This document shows, one piece after another, positions 49,419-59,046 of a DNA stretch of 64,000 bases. Under the pieces are notes generated by a model. That model was not told the DNA's origin and ran no database searches. It saw nothing but the letters and a program-made list of their open reading frames with translations. Each line of letters starts with the position of its first letter. The stretch's first letter is position 1. This DNA is from Flavobacteriales bacterium. Its GTDB lineage: Bacteria > Bacteroidota > Bacteroidia > Flavobacteriales_F > PHOS-HE28. Where the stretch lies: positions 3,405 to 67,404 of the forward strand of contig JBGTAJ010000170.1 in assembly GCA_041749915.1 (NCBI GenBank), in the 5' to 3' direction. Position numbers and translations under genes: made by a program.

Positions 49419-51134
49419 CTAGTGGGTGAAAACCTGTTCGAAGCGCGCCGGGTTGCCGCGGTCATCGACCACCTCCAGCACAAAGCTGCGCTTGCCGCTG
49501 CCTTTGCTTACCGTGTCGAAGGTGTGGATGAGGGTCTTGTTCTTGGGCTCGTACTCCAGCAGCACCCACTGCCCATCGATGGTCCCGCGCCAGCTGCTGA
49601 TCCCGCTCAGGCCATCGGCCACCTTGAGCGTGAAGCGGCTCCGGCCCGTCATGTCGGCGCGAAGGTCCACATTGGTGATCACCGGCGGCACCGTGTCCAG
49701 CATCAGCGTATAGGCCCCGAAGGCCCGGATGGTGGCGGTGACTGTACCATCGCTCACGGTTCCTCCGACGGCGCTCACCTTGCCGCTGTCATCCACCCGC
49801 ACGATGAGTGCTTTGGAACGTTGTGCCTCGGGCAGTTCAGGTAGGTCGATCTTTAACGGGCTGCTCAGGTGGATGGGAGTGAGCGGGTCGTGCAGCACGT
49901 GCAAGGGGACGATGGCCTTGGCCGGTGCAGCCCTACGGGCATAACGCACATACGTATCGTCGTACAACGCGTTCGCAGGAAGCGTCAATTGCACGCCCTC
50001 TTCTTGAAGTACGTTCTCGGTATCATATCGGAACAGGCTGCCTTCCAGGGTGTTGTCGGGCCACTTCGAAGCCTCTGTCGCGCTCGCCCCGTGAAGCAGG
50101 AAGGTGAGCTCCGATCGGTTCCCATTGGCATCCGTTGCCACGAAACGCACGCGGTGTTCCCGCCCCGGAACGAGGACGATACGACCCTGTGCCTCCTCCT
50201 TGCCGTAGATCTTCAGCTTGTTGTTGGGTTGCCGGTAGCAGCGGTGGTAGTCCATCTTCTGCCCCTTGAACAGCGCATAGTCCATGTGGGCGTTGCAGTA
50301 GCGGTTCTGGTCGAAGTCGATGTGGTCGAAGTGGGTGGAGAAGACCGGCACGCTGTCCACGAACAGCTCGATGCGGCGCACCCCGAACTTGGCACCACTG
50401 CCATCGTAGCGGTCGATGACGTGCAGCGCAAGTCCCACCGTGCCATAGCCTTGTGGCACCTCGCCGGGCTTCAGGCCATAGCGCCCGGCGCCGCCCTGCG
50501 TGGCGAAGCCCTTGGCCTTGGCCGGGTAGGGTCCCACACGCGAACTGTCCGTCAAGGGGTACAGCCGCACCCCGATCAGCTCCGGAGGTGTGCGGTCCGG
50601 CAGATCGTAGCCCAAGGTCTCCGGATCCACGGCATGCTGGTCACCCGGCCGACGCAGTTCAAAGTGCAGGTGCGGACCCGCGCTGCCCCCGGTATTGCCG
50701 CTCAGTCCGATCACATCCCCCTGCTTCACCGCGATCTCGTCCTTCTCCGGGTAGATGTCGATACTGAAGTCCTGACGCTTGTACTGGGCCTTCAGGCAGG
50801 CGTCGGCCACAGGCCCCTTCAACTGTTGCAGGTGGCCGTAGACCGAGGTGTGGCCGTCCGGGTGCTGGATGTACACGGCCTTGCCGTAGCCCCAAGGGCT
50901 GATCTTGATGCGGGAGATGTAGCCGTTCGCCACCGCCTTCACCGGAATGCCCTCCCGCCCCTCGGTGCGCATGTCCAGTCCCGAATGGAAATGATCGTTC
51001 CGGGGCTCCATGAAGTTCCCCGACAGCTGCAGGGGGATGTCCATGGGGTGGATGTAGCGTGGTGTCTTGGTGGGGGTCTGCGCCAGGGTTGTAATACTAC
51101 ATAAAACACTGATCGACAATGATATTTGTCTCAT
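49419..51134 (-). CDS. M23 family (LytM-type) metallopeptidase with a long C-terminal extension
   Basis: HFHSGLDMR, VYIQHPDGHTSVYGHL and GLSGNTGGSAGPHLHFELR. Signal MRQISLSISVLCSITTLAQ from the ATG at 51134. Confidence 0.88.
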   Translation of the reverse strand: MRQISLSISVLCSITTLAQTPTKTPRYIHPMDIPLQLSGNFMEPRNDHFHSGLDMRTEGREGIPVKAVANGYISRIKISPWGYGKAVYIQHPDGHTSVYGHLQQLKGPVADACLKAQYKRQDFSIDIYPEKDEIAVKQGDVIGLSGNTGGSAGPHLHFELRRPGDQHAVDPETLGYDLPDRTPPELIGVRLYPLTDSSRVGPYPAKAKGFATQGGAGRYGLKPGEVPQGYGTVGLALHVIDRYDGSGAKFGVRRIELFVDSVPVFSTHFDHIDFDQNRYCNAHMDYALFKGQKMDYHRCYRQPNNKLKIYGKEEAQGRIVLVPGREHRVRFVATDANGNRSELTFLLHGASATEASKWPDNTLEGSLFRYDTENVLQEEGVQLTLPANALYDDTYVRYARRAAPAKAIVPLHVLHDPLTPIHLSSPLKIDLPELPEAQRSKALIVRVDDSGKVSAVGGTVSDGTVTATIRAFGAYTLMLDTVPPVITNVDLRADMTGRSRFTLKVADGLSGISSWRGTIDGQWVLLEYEPKNKTLIHTFDTVSKGSGKRSFVLEVVDDRGNPARFEQVFTH

Positions 51135-51299
51135 TGATCCAAGCGAAGGAATAAGGACGGGTGCTGGGCAGATCAGGGTCATTCTTGGCAGGTTGGTGCA
51201 AGCTATGCCCGCAGCGGGTGGTGGTTCCAGTGCTTGGGGTGATAACGCATCAACAGGCAGGCGTTCAAACAAAGGCCGTGCGGAAGTGGAGGGCGCGGC

Positions 51300-51307
51300 T
51301 ATCTTTG
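51300..51307 (+). promoter_or_regulatory. candidate -7 promoter box TATCTTTG upstream of the zapA unit
   Basis: TAnnTTTG match 43 nt upstream of the GTG at 51350. Confidence 0.3.
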
Positions 51308-51349
51308 GTGCCGGACCATGAACGGGAGACCGGAAAGGCCAGAAACACA

Positions 51350-51640
51350 GTGAAGGACCGTTTGCACCTCGTTCAGGAACAGGTCGCCCGATTGATCGGG
51401 GACCTGGCGACCCTGCGGAAGCGTGCGGCGGAACTGGAGGCTGAAGCGAACGACCACCGCCGGACGGTGGAGGTGCTCAAGGCGCGTGTGACTGAGCTGG
51501 AACGGGAGAACGGGGTCCTCCGGAAAGCACGTGCCGCAGAAAGCGGCGCGGGTGCCACGGGAAGGAAGGAACGCATCGATGAACTGGTCCATGAGATCGA
51601 CCGCTGCCTGGCATTACTGACGCCCAGCGAAGCCCGATAG
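51350..51640 (+). CDS. small coiled-coil protein upstream of zapA
   Basis: The heptad-rich sequence VKDRLHLVQEQVARLIGDLATLRKRAAELEAEANDHRRTVEVLKARVTELERENGVLRK ends 5 nt before zapA. There is no in-frame ATG, so the GTG at 51350 is proposed. Confidence 0.5.
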   Translation: MKDRLHLVQEQVARLIGDLATLRKRAAELEAEANDHRRTVEVLKARVTELERENGVLRKARAAESGAGATGRKERIDELVHEIDRCLALLTPSEAR

Positions 51641-51645
51641 AAGCC

Positions 51646-51927
51646 ATGGAAGATCGATCGATACGCATAGAACTGGCCGGCCGAGCCTACCCCCTGACGA
51701 TCGGATCGTCGGAGGAGATCAATGTGCGCCGCGCCGTGGATGAGATCAACGAGAGCATTGCCCGCTTGAAGGCCCAATACCCCTTGACCGACAAGCAGGA
51801 CCTGTTGGCCATGGCCGCCCTGGAGGTGACCGTGCGCGCACTGAACAGCGCTACGCCCGCAGGGGATACCGGTGCCGAGGCGGCCCTGGCGTCCATTGAA
51901 CGCATGCTCGCCGAGGTCGCATCCTGA
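51646..51927 (+). CDS. zapA: cell division protein ZapA
   Basis: IRIELAGRAYPLTIGSSEEINVRRAVDEINESIARLKAQYPLTDKQDLLAMAALEV is a typical ZapA sequence. Confidence 0.88.
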   Translation: MEDRSIRIELAGRAYPLTIGSSEEINVRRAVDEINESIARLKAQYPLTDKQDLLAMAALEVTVRALNSATPAGDTGAEAALASIERMLAEVAS

Positions 51928-51995
51928 AGTTCTTCCCTCTTCCCCGGCACCGGCCCAACGAGGAGCACATGGTCCGCTAAAACACAGCGAGACAC

Positions 51996-53537
51996 ATGGA
52001 TATGATCAGTATCATGGTGGGACTTCTGGGCGGCCTGGTCGCCGGAGGTGCCACCGTATTCGTCACCCTGAACAGTGTGATGAAGAAGCGCTCATCGGGC
52101 ATCCTGAAGGAGGCCGAGGCCGAGGCCGAAGCCCTCAAGAAGGAGAAGATCCTGCAGGCCAAGGAGAAGTTCCTGCAGATGAAGGAGGAGCACGAGAAGG
52201 ACGTTCGCGAGCGTGAGCGTTCCGTGGCACAGGCCCAGGAAAAGGCCAAGCAGCGCGAACAGACCCTGAGCCGCCAGCAGCAGGAACTGGCCGCCAAGGA
52301 GAAGAACGTGGACCGCCTCAAGGGCGAACTGGAGCAGAAGGTGGAAGGTCTGGAGCGCCGACGCGAGGAGACCGAGAAGATGCATGCCAAGCAGGTGAAC
52401 CTGTTGGAGAACATCAGCGGGCTCAATGCCGAGGAGGCCCGCAAACAGCTCGTGGAAAGCCTCAAGGACGAGGCCCGCACCGCCGCCATGTCCCACATCA
52501 AGGACGCCCAGGAGGAGGCCAAGCTCACCGCCAACAAGGAGGCCAAGCGCATCGTCATCCAGACCATCCAGCGGGTGGCCACCGAGCACGCCATCGAGAA
52601 CTCCGTGAGCGTGTTCCACATCGAGAACGACGACGTGAAGGGCCGCATCATCGGTCGCGAAGGGCGCAACATCCGCACCCTGGAGGAAATGACCGGGGTG
52701 GAGATCATCGTGGACGATACCCCGGGCGCCATCATCCTCAGCTGCTTCGATGCCGTGCGCCGCGAGATCGCCCGCCTGTCCCTCCACCAGCTGGTGAAGG
52801 ACGGACGGATCCACCCCGCCCGCATCGAGGAAGTGGTGGCCAAGACCAAGAAGCACCTCGAGGAGGAGATCATGGAGGTGGGCAAACGCACCTGCATCGA
52901 TCTGGGCATCCACGGGCTGCACAACGAGCTCATCCGCATGGTGGGCCGCATGAAGTACCGCAGCTCCTACGGTCAGAACCTGCTCCAGCACAGCCGCGAG
53001 GTGGCCAACCTCAGCGCCATCATGGCCGCCGAACTGGGCCTCAACCCCAAGGTGGCGAAACGCGCCGGCCTGCTGCACGACATCGGCAAGGTGCCCGACG
53101 AGGATCCCGAGCTGCCGCACGCCATCCTGGGCATGAAGCTGGCCGAGAAGTACGGCGAGAAACCCGATGTCTGCAACGCCATCGGTGCCCACCACGACGA
53201 GATCGAGATGACCACGCTGCTCTCGCCGATCGTGCAGGCCTGCGACGCCATCAGCGGTGCACGCCCCGGTGCACGCCGCGAGGCCACCGAAGCCTACATC
53301 CAGCGCCTCAAGGACCTCGAAAGCCTGGCCATGAGCTACGGCGGCGTCACCAAGGCCTTCGCCATCCAGGCCGGCCGCGAGCTGCGCGTGATGGTGGAGA
53401 GCGAGCGCATCACCGATGCTCAGAGCGACGAGCTGAGTATGCAGATCGCCGACCGCATCATGAACGAGATGACCTATCCCGGACAGGTGAAGATCACCGT
53501 GATCCGCGAGAAACGGTCGGTGGCAGTTGCGAAATAA
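51996..53537 (+). CDS. rny: ribonuclease Y
   Basis: N-terminal TM helix, a long Lys/Glu coiled coil, a KH domain ([15 protein letters not shown]) and an HD domain ([12 protein letters not shown]). Confidence 0.96.
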   Translation: MDMISIMVGLLGGLVAGGATVFVTLNSVMKKRSSGILKEAEAEAEALKKEKILQAKEKFLQMKEEHEKDVRERERSVAQAQEKAKQREQTLSRQQQELAAKEKNVDRLKGELEQKVEGLERRREETEKMHAKQVNLLENISGLNAEEARKQLVESLKDEARTAAMSHIKDAQEEAKLTANKEAKRIVIQTIQRVATEHAIENSVSVFHIENDDVKGRIIGREGRNIRTLEEMTGVEIIVDDTPGAIILSCFDAVRREIARLSLHQLVKDGRIHPARIEEVVAKTKKHLEEEIMEVGKRTCIDLGIHGLHNELIRMVGRMKYRSSYGQNLLQHSREVANLSAIMAAELGLNPKVAKRAGLLHDIGKVPDEDPELPHAILGMKLAEKYGEKPDVCNAIGAHHDEIEMTTLLSPIVQACDAISGARPGARREATEAYIQRLKDLESLAMSYGGVTKAFAIQAGRELRVMVESERITDAQSDELSMQIADRIMNEMTYPGQVKITVIREKRSVAVAK

Positions 53538-53560
53538 GGCCATTGAACAAGGGTGAAAGT

Positions 53561-53590
53561 GGGGGCGGCAGCGATGTCGCCCCTTTTCTT
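53561..53590 (+). terminator. rho-independent terminator after rny
   Basis: GGGGCG-gcagcgatgt-CGCCCC followed by TTTTCTTT. Confidence 0.6.
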
Positions 53591-53596
53591 TGTCAC

Positions 53597-54286
53597 ATGT
53601 CCGCCCCGAACGACCACCTCGATGTGTATTTCCAATGGGAGGTGCGCTCCTGGTCGCGGGCCTTTCCGCTTTGGCACCGCACCCTGGCCGCCCTGCCCAA
53701 GGACCGCCGGCTGGCGCTGGCCTTGGGCGAACGGGATGGAGGACTGAGCCTGATGCTCGCCGAACATGGATTCACCACCATCTGCAGTGATCTGCGCGGA
53801 CCGACCGAACGGGCAAAAGAGCTTCACCGGACCTTCGGATTGGACGGGACCATCACGTATGAGTCCATTGATGCCACAGCCATCCCCAAGCCGGACGCGA
53901 GCTTCGATGTGGTCATCTTCAAAAGCATGATCGGGGCGCTGGGTACCAAGGAGAAGCAAGCCCTGGCCATACGCGAGATGCACCGCGTGCTGCGACCCGG
54001 CGGTGTGCTGCTCTTCGCTGAGAACCTGCACGGCACTCCCGTACATGGCTGGCTGCGCAAGCGCTTCGTGGCCTGGGATCACTACTGGCGCTACCTCGAT
54101 CCGGTGAAGGACCGCGACCTCTTCGCGCCCTTTGCTCGGCTGGATGATCGCACCACCGGCCTGCTGGCTAACCTGGGGCGCAGCGAAGGACAGCGCGATG
54201 TGCTGGCCCGGCTCGATGCATTGCTCTCACCGATGGTCCCGTCCACGCAGTGCACCATCTGGTACGGCGTGGCGGTCAAGGGCTGA
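53597..54286 (+). CDS. class I SAM-dependent methyltransferase
   Basis: Motif I-like ALALGERDGGLS, FDVVIFKSMIG and LRPGGVLLFAEN. The ATG at 53597 follows the terminator. Confidence 0.7.
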   Translation: MSAPNDHLDVYFQWEVRSWSRAFPLWHRTLAALPKDRRLALALGERDGGLSLMLAEHGFTTICSDLRGPTERAKELHRTFGLDGTITYESIDATAIPKPDASFDVVIFKSMIGALGTKEKQALAIREMHRVLRPGGVLLFAENLHGTPVHGWLRKRFVAWDHYWRYLDPVKDRDLFAPFARLDDRTTGLLANLGRSEGQRDVLARLDALLSPMVPSTQCTIWYGVAVKG

Positions 54287-54334
54287 TCGTTGAAAAGCAC
54301 CACCATTGTACGCAGGTCCCCAACAGCGCCCCTC

Positions 54335-54342
54335 TACCTTTG
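54335..54342 (+). promoter_or_regulatory. candidate -7 promoter box TACCTTTG upstream of the epimerase gene
   Basis: TAnnTTTG match 28 nt upstream of the ATG at 54370. Confidence 0.35.
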
Positions 54343-54369
54343 AAGGCACAAGGCCCTGCCCACCTCACC

Positions 54370-55353
54370 ATGTCCACCGGCGATCTTCGTCCCATCCTCG
54401 TCACCGGTGGTTCCGGCTTCATCGGAAGCCACCTCTGCGATGCCCTGATCGCTGCCGGACATGCCGTGCGCTGCATGGACAACTTCGCCACCAGCGAACG
54501 GTCCAACGTCGCGCATCTCTCGGGCCATCCCCGCTTCGAACTGCTGGAAGGGGACATCCGCCATGTGGACGACTGCCGGACCGCGGTGAAGGGCGTTGCA
54601 GTGGTGTTGCACCTGGCCGCACTGGGTTCCGTGCCGCGCTCCATCGCCGAGCCCTTGAATTCACACGCCACCAATCTCACCGGTTTCCTCAACATGCTGG
54701 AGGCCGCGCGACTGGAGGGCGTGCAGCGCTTCGTGTACGCCTCCAGCTCCAGCGTCTACGGTGATTCCAAGGAGCTGCCCAAGCGCGAGGAGCATACCGG
54801 CAAGCCTCTATCGCCCTACGCCGTCACCAAGGCGGGGAACGAGACCTACGCCCAGCTCTACACCCGGCTCTACGGCCTCTCGACCATCGGCCTGCGCTTC
54901 TTCAATGTGTTCGGTGAACGCCAGGACCCCGATGGACCCTATGCGGCAGCGATCCCCAAGTTCATCAAGGCTTTCCTCAAGCACAACTCCCCGCAGTTGC
55001 ACGGCGATGGACTTCAGTCGCGGGACTTCACCTATGTGGGCAACGCCGTGCAGGCGGTGATGGCAGCCATGAACGCCACCGACCCGCGCGCGGTGGGGGC
55101 GGTGTTCAACGTGGCCTACGGCGCGCGCACCACCCTGCTGGAGCTGGTCGACATCCTGCGCGAGGAACTGGCGCGTATCGATCCGGCCATTGCTGAGGTA
55201 GGTACCGAGCATATTCCCGAACGGCCCGGTGATATCCGTGATTCCCTCGCCGACATCAGCCGTGCGCGCGAATGGCTCGGCTATCAACCCGAAACGGACC
55301 TGCGGGCAGGATTGGCCCGTGCCGTTCCGTGGTATGCGGCACAGTGGCGCTAG
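54370..55353 (+). CDS. NAD-dependent sugar-nucleotide epimerase/dehydratase (WbpP/TviC-like SDR)
   Basis: Rossmann motif VTGGSGFIGSHLCD, catalytic YAVTK and LRFFNVFGERQDP. Confidence 0.88.
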   Translation: MSTGDLRPILVTGGSGFIGSHLCDALIAAGHAVRCMDNFATSERSNVAHLSGHPRFELLEGDIRHVDDCRTAVKGVAVVLHLAALGSVPRSIAEPLNSHATNLTGFLNMLEAARLEGVQRFVYASSSSVYGDSKELPKREEHTGKPLSPYAVTKAGNETYAQLYTRLYGLSTIGLRFFNVFGERQDPDGPYAAAIPKFIKAFLKHNSPQLHGDGLQSRDFTYVGNAVQAVMAAMNATDPRAVGAVFNVAYGARTTLLELVDILREELARIDPAIAEVGTEHIPERPGDIRDSLADISRAREWLGYQPETDLRAGLARAVPWYAAQWR

Positions 55354-55448
55354 CTCCATCACTTCGGGTGCGATGACGCCGCCGGGATCACGTCGCTGAA
55401 CCGCTTTCTCCCCGTCCTACTGCGTATGTTCGCCCGTCGCTGCAGCCC

Positions 55449-57245
55449 ATGACCCCCCACGAATGGATCGTTCTCGCCGTGATGGCCCTGGCCATCGGGC
55501 TGTTCATCACCGAACGGCTCAGCATCGATCTGGTGGCGTTGGTGATCATCCTGCTGTTGGTCATTACCGGTGTGCTCACACCCAAGGAAGGCCTTGCCGG
55601 CTTCGGTGACCAGGCCACACTGACGGTCGCCTTCATGTTCGTGCTCAGTTCGGCGCTCCTCAGCACCGGGGCGGTGAGCACGCTCGGTCCGCGCCTTTCC
55701 GTGCACTTCCGAGAAAGCCCCGCAAAGGGCATGTTCCTGTTCATGCTGATGGTGGGCTTGTTATCCGCCTTCGCCAACAACACCCCGGTGGTGGCCCTGT
55801 TGATCCCCGTGGTGGTGCAGATGGCGCACACCTCCGGGCAGGCGCCCAGCAAGCTCCTCATTCCGCTGAGCTACGCCACCATCATGGGCGGTACCATCAC
55901 GCTCATGGGCACCAGCACCAACTTCGTCGTGAGCGGTGTGATGGCGGACAATGGACTTCCGCCGCTCGCCATGTTCCAACAGACGCCGATGGGTCTGGTG
56001 TTCCTGGGGTTGGGCGTGCTCTACATGGTGCTCTTCGGTCGCCACCTGCTGCCCGATCGGCGGGGGAGCGCCGACATCGGCGAACGGTTCAGCATGCGGG
56101 GCTATGTCACCGACATCGAACTGCTGGCCGGTGCACCATCCGTGGGCAAACCCATCATGGAAAGCGCGTTGGTGCGTGAACTGGAGATGGACATCATTGA
56201 GATCCAGCGCGACGACCAGTTGTTCACCCTGCCACCGGGCGACATGGTGCTGGAGGCCGGTGACCTGCTGAAGGTGCGCTGTGATGTACAGCACATCCGC
56301 GCGCTGAAGGACCGTGCGCACATCAGCGTGGAGCCTGCGCTGCGTCTGGCGAACGACGACCTCAAGGCGCGCGGCACCACCCTGGTGGAACTGGTCATCA
56401 CCAGCAGCAGTCCGCTGGAGGGCAAGAAGCTGGGTGATGCCGATCTGATCCGGACCTACCGTGCCGTGCCACTGGCCGTGAGGCACCGCGAGGAGGTGGT
56501 GCATGAACGCCTGCACGATACCGTACTGCGCAGCGGGGACGTGATCCTTGCCGAGGTGAAGACCCACTTCATCAAGCGCCTGAAGCAGCTGGAATCCACG
56601 GCCGATGCACCCTTCGTGATCCTCACCGAGCAGAGCGGAGTGGCGGAGTTCGACAGGAAGGGATTCTATTGGGTGGCGCTGATCATGGCCGCAGTCGTCA
56701 TCAGTGCATCATTGGAGCTCACCTCCGTGGTCATTGCCGCACTTGCCGGGGTGGTGGCCTTGGTGATCACCCGCACGCTCTCCATGAAACAGGTCTATGA
56801 GGCCATCGAATGGAAGATCTTCTTCCTGATGGCTGGTGCCCTGAGCCTGGGCCTGGCCATGCAGAAAAGTGGGCTGGCGGACCGCATCGCCGATGGGGTG
56901 GTGGATGTGCTGGGTCCCTGGGGACCGGTGGCCATCCTCAGTGGCATCTACCTGCTGACCAGCCTGCTGACCGAGGTGATGAGCAATACCGCTACGGCGG
57001 CCTTGGTGGCACCCATCGCCATTTCAACGGCCGTCACCCTGGGGCTGCAGCCCACGCCCTTCCTCATGGCCGTGATCTTCGGGGCCAGCGCCAGTTTCAT
57101 GACCCCCATCGGCTACCAGACGAACACCATGATCTACGGTGCCGGTCAGTACAAGGCGAAGGACTTCTTCCGCGTGGGTCTGCCCCTTCAGTTGCTCTTC
57201 TGGCTACTTGCCACCCTCCTGATCCCGCTGCTCTATCCTTTTTGA
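55449..57245 (+). CDS. SLC13/DASS-family permease with two central TrkA-C domains
   Basis: CitMHS-type hydrophobic halves flank two TrkA_C-like soluble segments (ELLAGAPSVGKPIMES... and ITSSSPLEGKKLGDADL...). The N-x-P-like motifs are SAFANNTPVVALL and SNTATAALVAPI. Confidence 0.85.
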   Translation: MTPHEWIVLAVMALAIGLFITERLSIDLVALVIILLLVITGVLTPKEGLAGFGDQATLTVAFMFVLSSALLSTGAVSTLGPRLSVHFRESPAKGMFLFMLMVGLLSAFANNTPVVALLIPVVVQMAHTSGQAPSKLLIPLSYATIMGGTITLMGTSTNFVVSGVMADNGLPPLAMFQQTPMGLVFLGLGVLYMVLFGRHLLPDRRGSADIGERFSMRGYVTDIELLAGAPSVGKPIMESALVRELEMDIIEIQRDDQLFTLPPGDMVLEAGDLLKVRCDVQHIRALKDRAHISVEPALRLANDDLKARGTTLVELVITSSSPLEGKKLGDADLIRTYRAVPLAVRHREEVVHERLHDTVLRSGDVILAEVKTHFIKRLKQLESTADAPFVILTEQSGVAEFDRKGFYWVALIMAAVVISASLELTSVVIAALAGVVALVITRTLSMKQVYEAIEWKIFFLMAGALSLGLAMQKSGLADRIADGVVDVLGPWGPVAILSGIYLLTSLLTEVMSNTATAALVAPIAISTAVTLGLQPTPFLMAVIFGASASFMTPIGYQTNTMIYGAGQYKAKDFFRVGLPLQLLFWLLATLLIPLLYPF

Positions 57246-58153
57246 GCCTTCGGTCGGAAGGCCCGGATCACCCGATCGTCGCCAGCGCTGAGCAGCGTGT
57301 CACTCATCCAGAGCACGGCGTTCACACTGTGCGTATGGCCGCCCGTGCTGCGTTCGTGACGGGCCACGGGGCTGAGGTCCGTACCGTTCCAGATCTTCAC
57401 GGCCTTGTCGCGCCCGGCACTGGCCAACAAGCTGCCATCGGCCCGGAAGGCGAGGCCGTAGATGGCCGCGCGGTGAGCAGGCAGCGCAAGCACTTCGCGG
57501 TACCCTTCCTCCACGGCCCAGGCGCGGAGGTGCCCATCCTTGCCGCCGGAGAACAGCACGGGTTTCGTGGGGTGGTAGGCCACGCTGGACGCACCACCGG
57601 CGTGTGCATCCAAGGTCAGGTGTTCGTTGAAGAGGGTGGTATCCAGCAGGCGCACCGATCCATCGCCGCAGGCCACCGCCAGCTGCCCACCGCCGGGTTC
57701 CAGCGCCAGGCCCCGCAGTTTTTCCTCCACCAGCGGGAACTGGCGGAGCAGGGTGCAGCGGGGTCCGTTCTCCGTGGCGGGCAGGGCCTGCCAGATGCTC
57801 AGCAGCCCATCGCCACCGGCGCAAGCGAAGCGATCGGCATCCAGTGCCAGCAACGCGAAGATGCCCCTGCGGTGCACGGTGAAGCGGTGCTTTTCCGCGC
57901 GGTCGCGCAGGTCCACCATATGTAGTGACCCACCCTCGGTGCCGATGATGAGCAACTGGTGGGTGGGCATCACCAGCGCGGCAAAGACCGCTTCGGCCAC
58001 CTGCGAGAGCCCCCGACCGTTTGCCGGATCGACAAGCTCCCATTCAGCGACCAGCCCGTCGCCACTGCCGCTGATGAAGTGGGCCTCATCCGCCCCGGCG
58101 GCCAGCACATACACCGGTGCGCGATGTCCTTCAAAGGTGGCGATGGCTTCCAT
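57233..58153 (-). CDS. WD40-repeat beta-propeller protein
   Basis: Seven or so repeats with GH...D/WD-like ends (GHRAPVYVLAAG, GSGDGLVAEWE, GGDGLLSIW, GGKDGHLRAW, AGRDKAVKIW, AGDDRVIRAF). Its 3' end overlaps the convergent permease gene by 13 nt. Confidence 0.8.
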   Translation of the reverse strand: MEAIATFEGHRAPVYVLAAGADEAHFISGSGDGLVAEWELVDPANGRGLSQVAEAVFAALVMPTHQLLIIGTEGGSLHMVDLRDRAEKHRFTVHRRGIFALLALDADRFACAGGDGLLSIWQALPATENGPRCTLLRQFPLVEEKLRGLALEPGGGQLAVACGDGSVRLLDTTLFNEHLTLDAHAGGASSVAYHPTKPVLFSGGKDGHLRAWAVEEGYREVLALPAHRAAIYGLAFRADGSLLASAGRDKAVKIWNGTDLSPVARHERSTGGHTHSVNAVLWMSDTLLSAGDDRVIRAFRPKAQKG

Positions 58154-58195
58154 GGAGAGCGCGAAGATGCAACCCAGGGCGCTCTTTCGAGGCCC

Positions 58196-58990
58196 TTACC
58201 ACACCCTGCGGTCGCTCCAGGCGAAGCTCCATTCAGGCGTGCGCAGTTCACCGTCGCTGCGCTGCTCGAACCAGGCCCCCGCCACGGGGCCCCTCAGCAC
58301 ATGGATGTCCTGTGCCGGCATGTAGCTCTGTGCCAGCAAGAAGAAGCTGCGGCCATCCAACGTGCGCGCCACGTCCAGCACGATGACCGCGTGGCCCGGG
58401 GAGCCGCCCTGGATGAACACGTCACCCGCACGCAACGGTGAGTCTCCCGCCGGCCGCAGCTCGGCCTGCAGGGAGCGTGTGCCGGCATAGGTGAACACCG
58501 TGGTGAGGAAGGCGAGCAGTGCATCATGGCTGCTGTCCCGCGCTCCGCCGGCCACCCAGCGGGCCTCATTGCCCGTCACCCGGATGCGCTCGCCAGCCCG
58601 CCAACGGTCCCACGAGGCCAGGAAGCCGTTGGTGAAGTGGAAGCGTATCGCGGAATGCTGGCCAGTGGCGAACAGATGCTCGGCCCGCAGGCGCATCACG
58701 GCATCGGCGCACTGCTGCAGGTCGCGCGCGCCCACGCTCAGGTCGATCACCGCCACATGCACATCCTGGCGCGCCTTCAAGCGGCCGTCGAAAAGCTGTA
58801 CGGCCGTTCCCGCAGGTTTCAGCGGCAGGTGGCGCAGGTACGCCGCGAAGGACTCGTTCTCCACCGGCACGCGCGAGGCACCCGGCGGAGCAGGGATGCG
58901 GTCGACCAGTGTGGAGGTGACCTGGCCGCGCAGCACCACGGGAAGGGGAGCGACCAGCAACAGCCAGAGGAGGGGGAGCATCGTGCGCAT
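58196..58990 (-). CDS. secreted protein, probably the DUF4846 family
   Basis: Signal MRTMLPLLWLLLVAPLPVVLRGQ. The family assignment is from memory of the motif style (CADAVMRLRAEHLF, GDVFIQGGSPGHAVIVLD) and needs an HMM check. Confidence 0.55.
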   Translation of the reverse strand: MRTMLPLLWLLLVAPLPVVLRGQVTSTLVDRIPAPPGASRVPVENESFAAYLRHLPLKPAGTAVQLFDGRLKARQDVHVAVIDLSVGARDLQQCADAVMRLRAEHLFATGQHSAIRFHFTNGFLASWDRWRAGERIRVTGNEARWVAGGARDSSHDALLAFLTTVFTYAGTRSLQAELRPAGDSPLRAGDVFIQGGSPGHAVIVLDVARTLDGRSFFLLAQSYMPAQDIHVLRGPVAGAWFEQRSDGELRTPEWSFAWSDRRVW

Positions 58991-59046
58991 GACCTCCGAA
59001 TGCACCGGTCCGGCAAGGGTAACGGGACTAAGCTCCTGAACAGGTT

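Noticed and set aside
21523-54342. Identical TACCTTTG boxes upstream of rimO, bshC and the epimerase gene, considered as a shared regulon motif
   Set aside because: The octamer matches the general Bacteroidota housekeeping -7 promoter consensus TAnnTTTG. Identity of the two variable bases in three cases is weak evidence for a specific regulon, so the boxes are reported only as candidate promoters.
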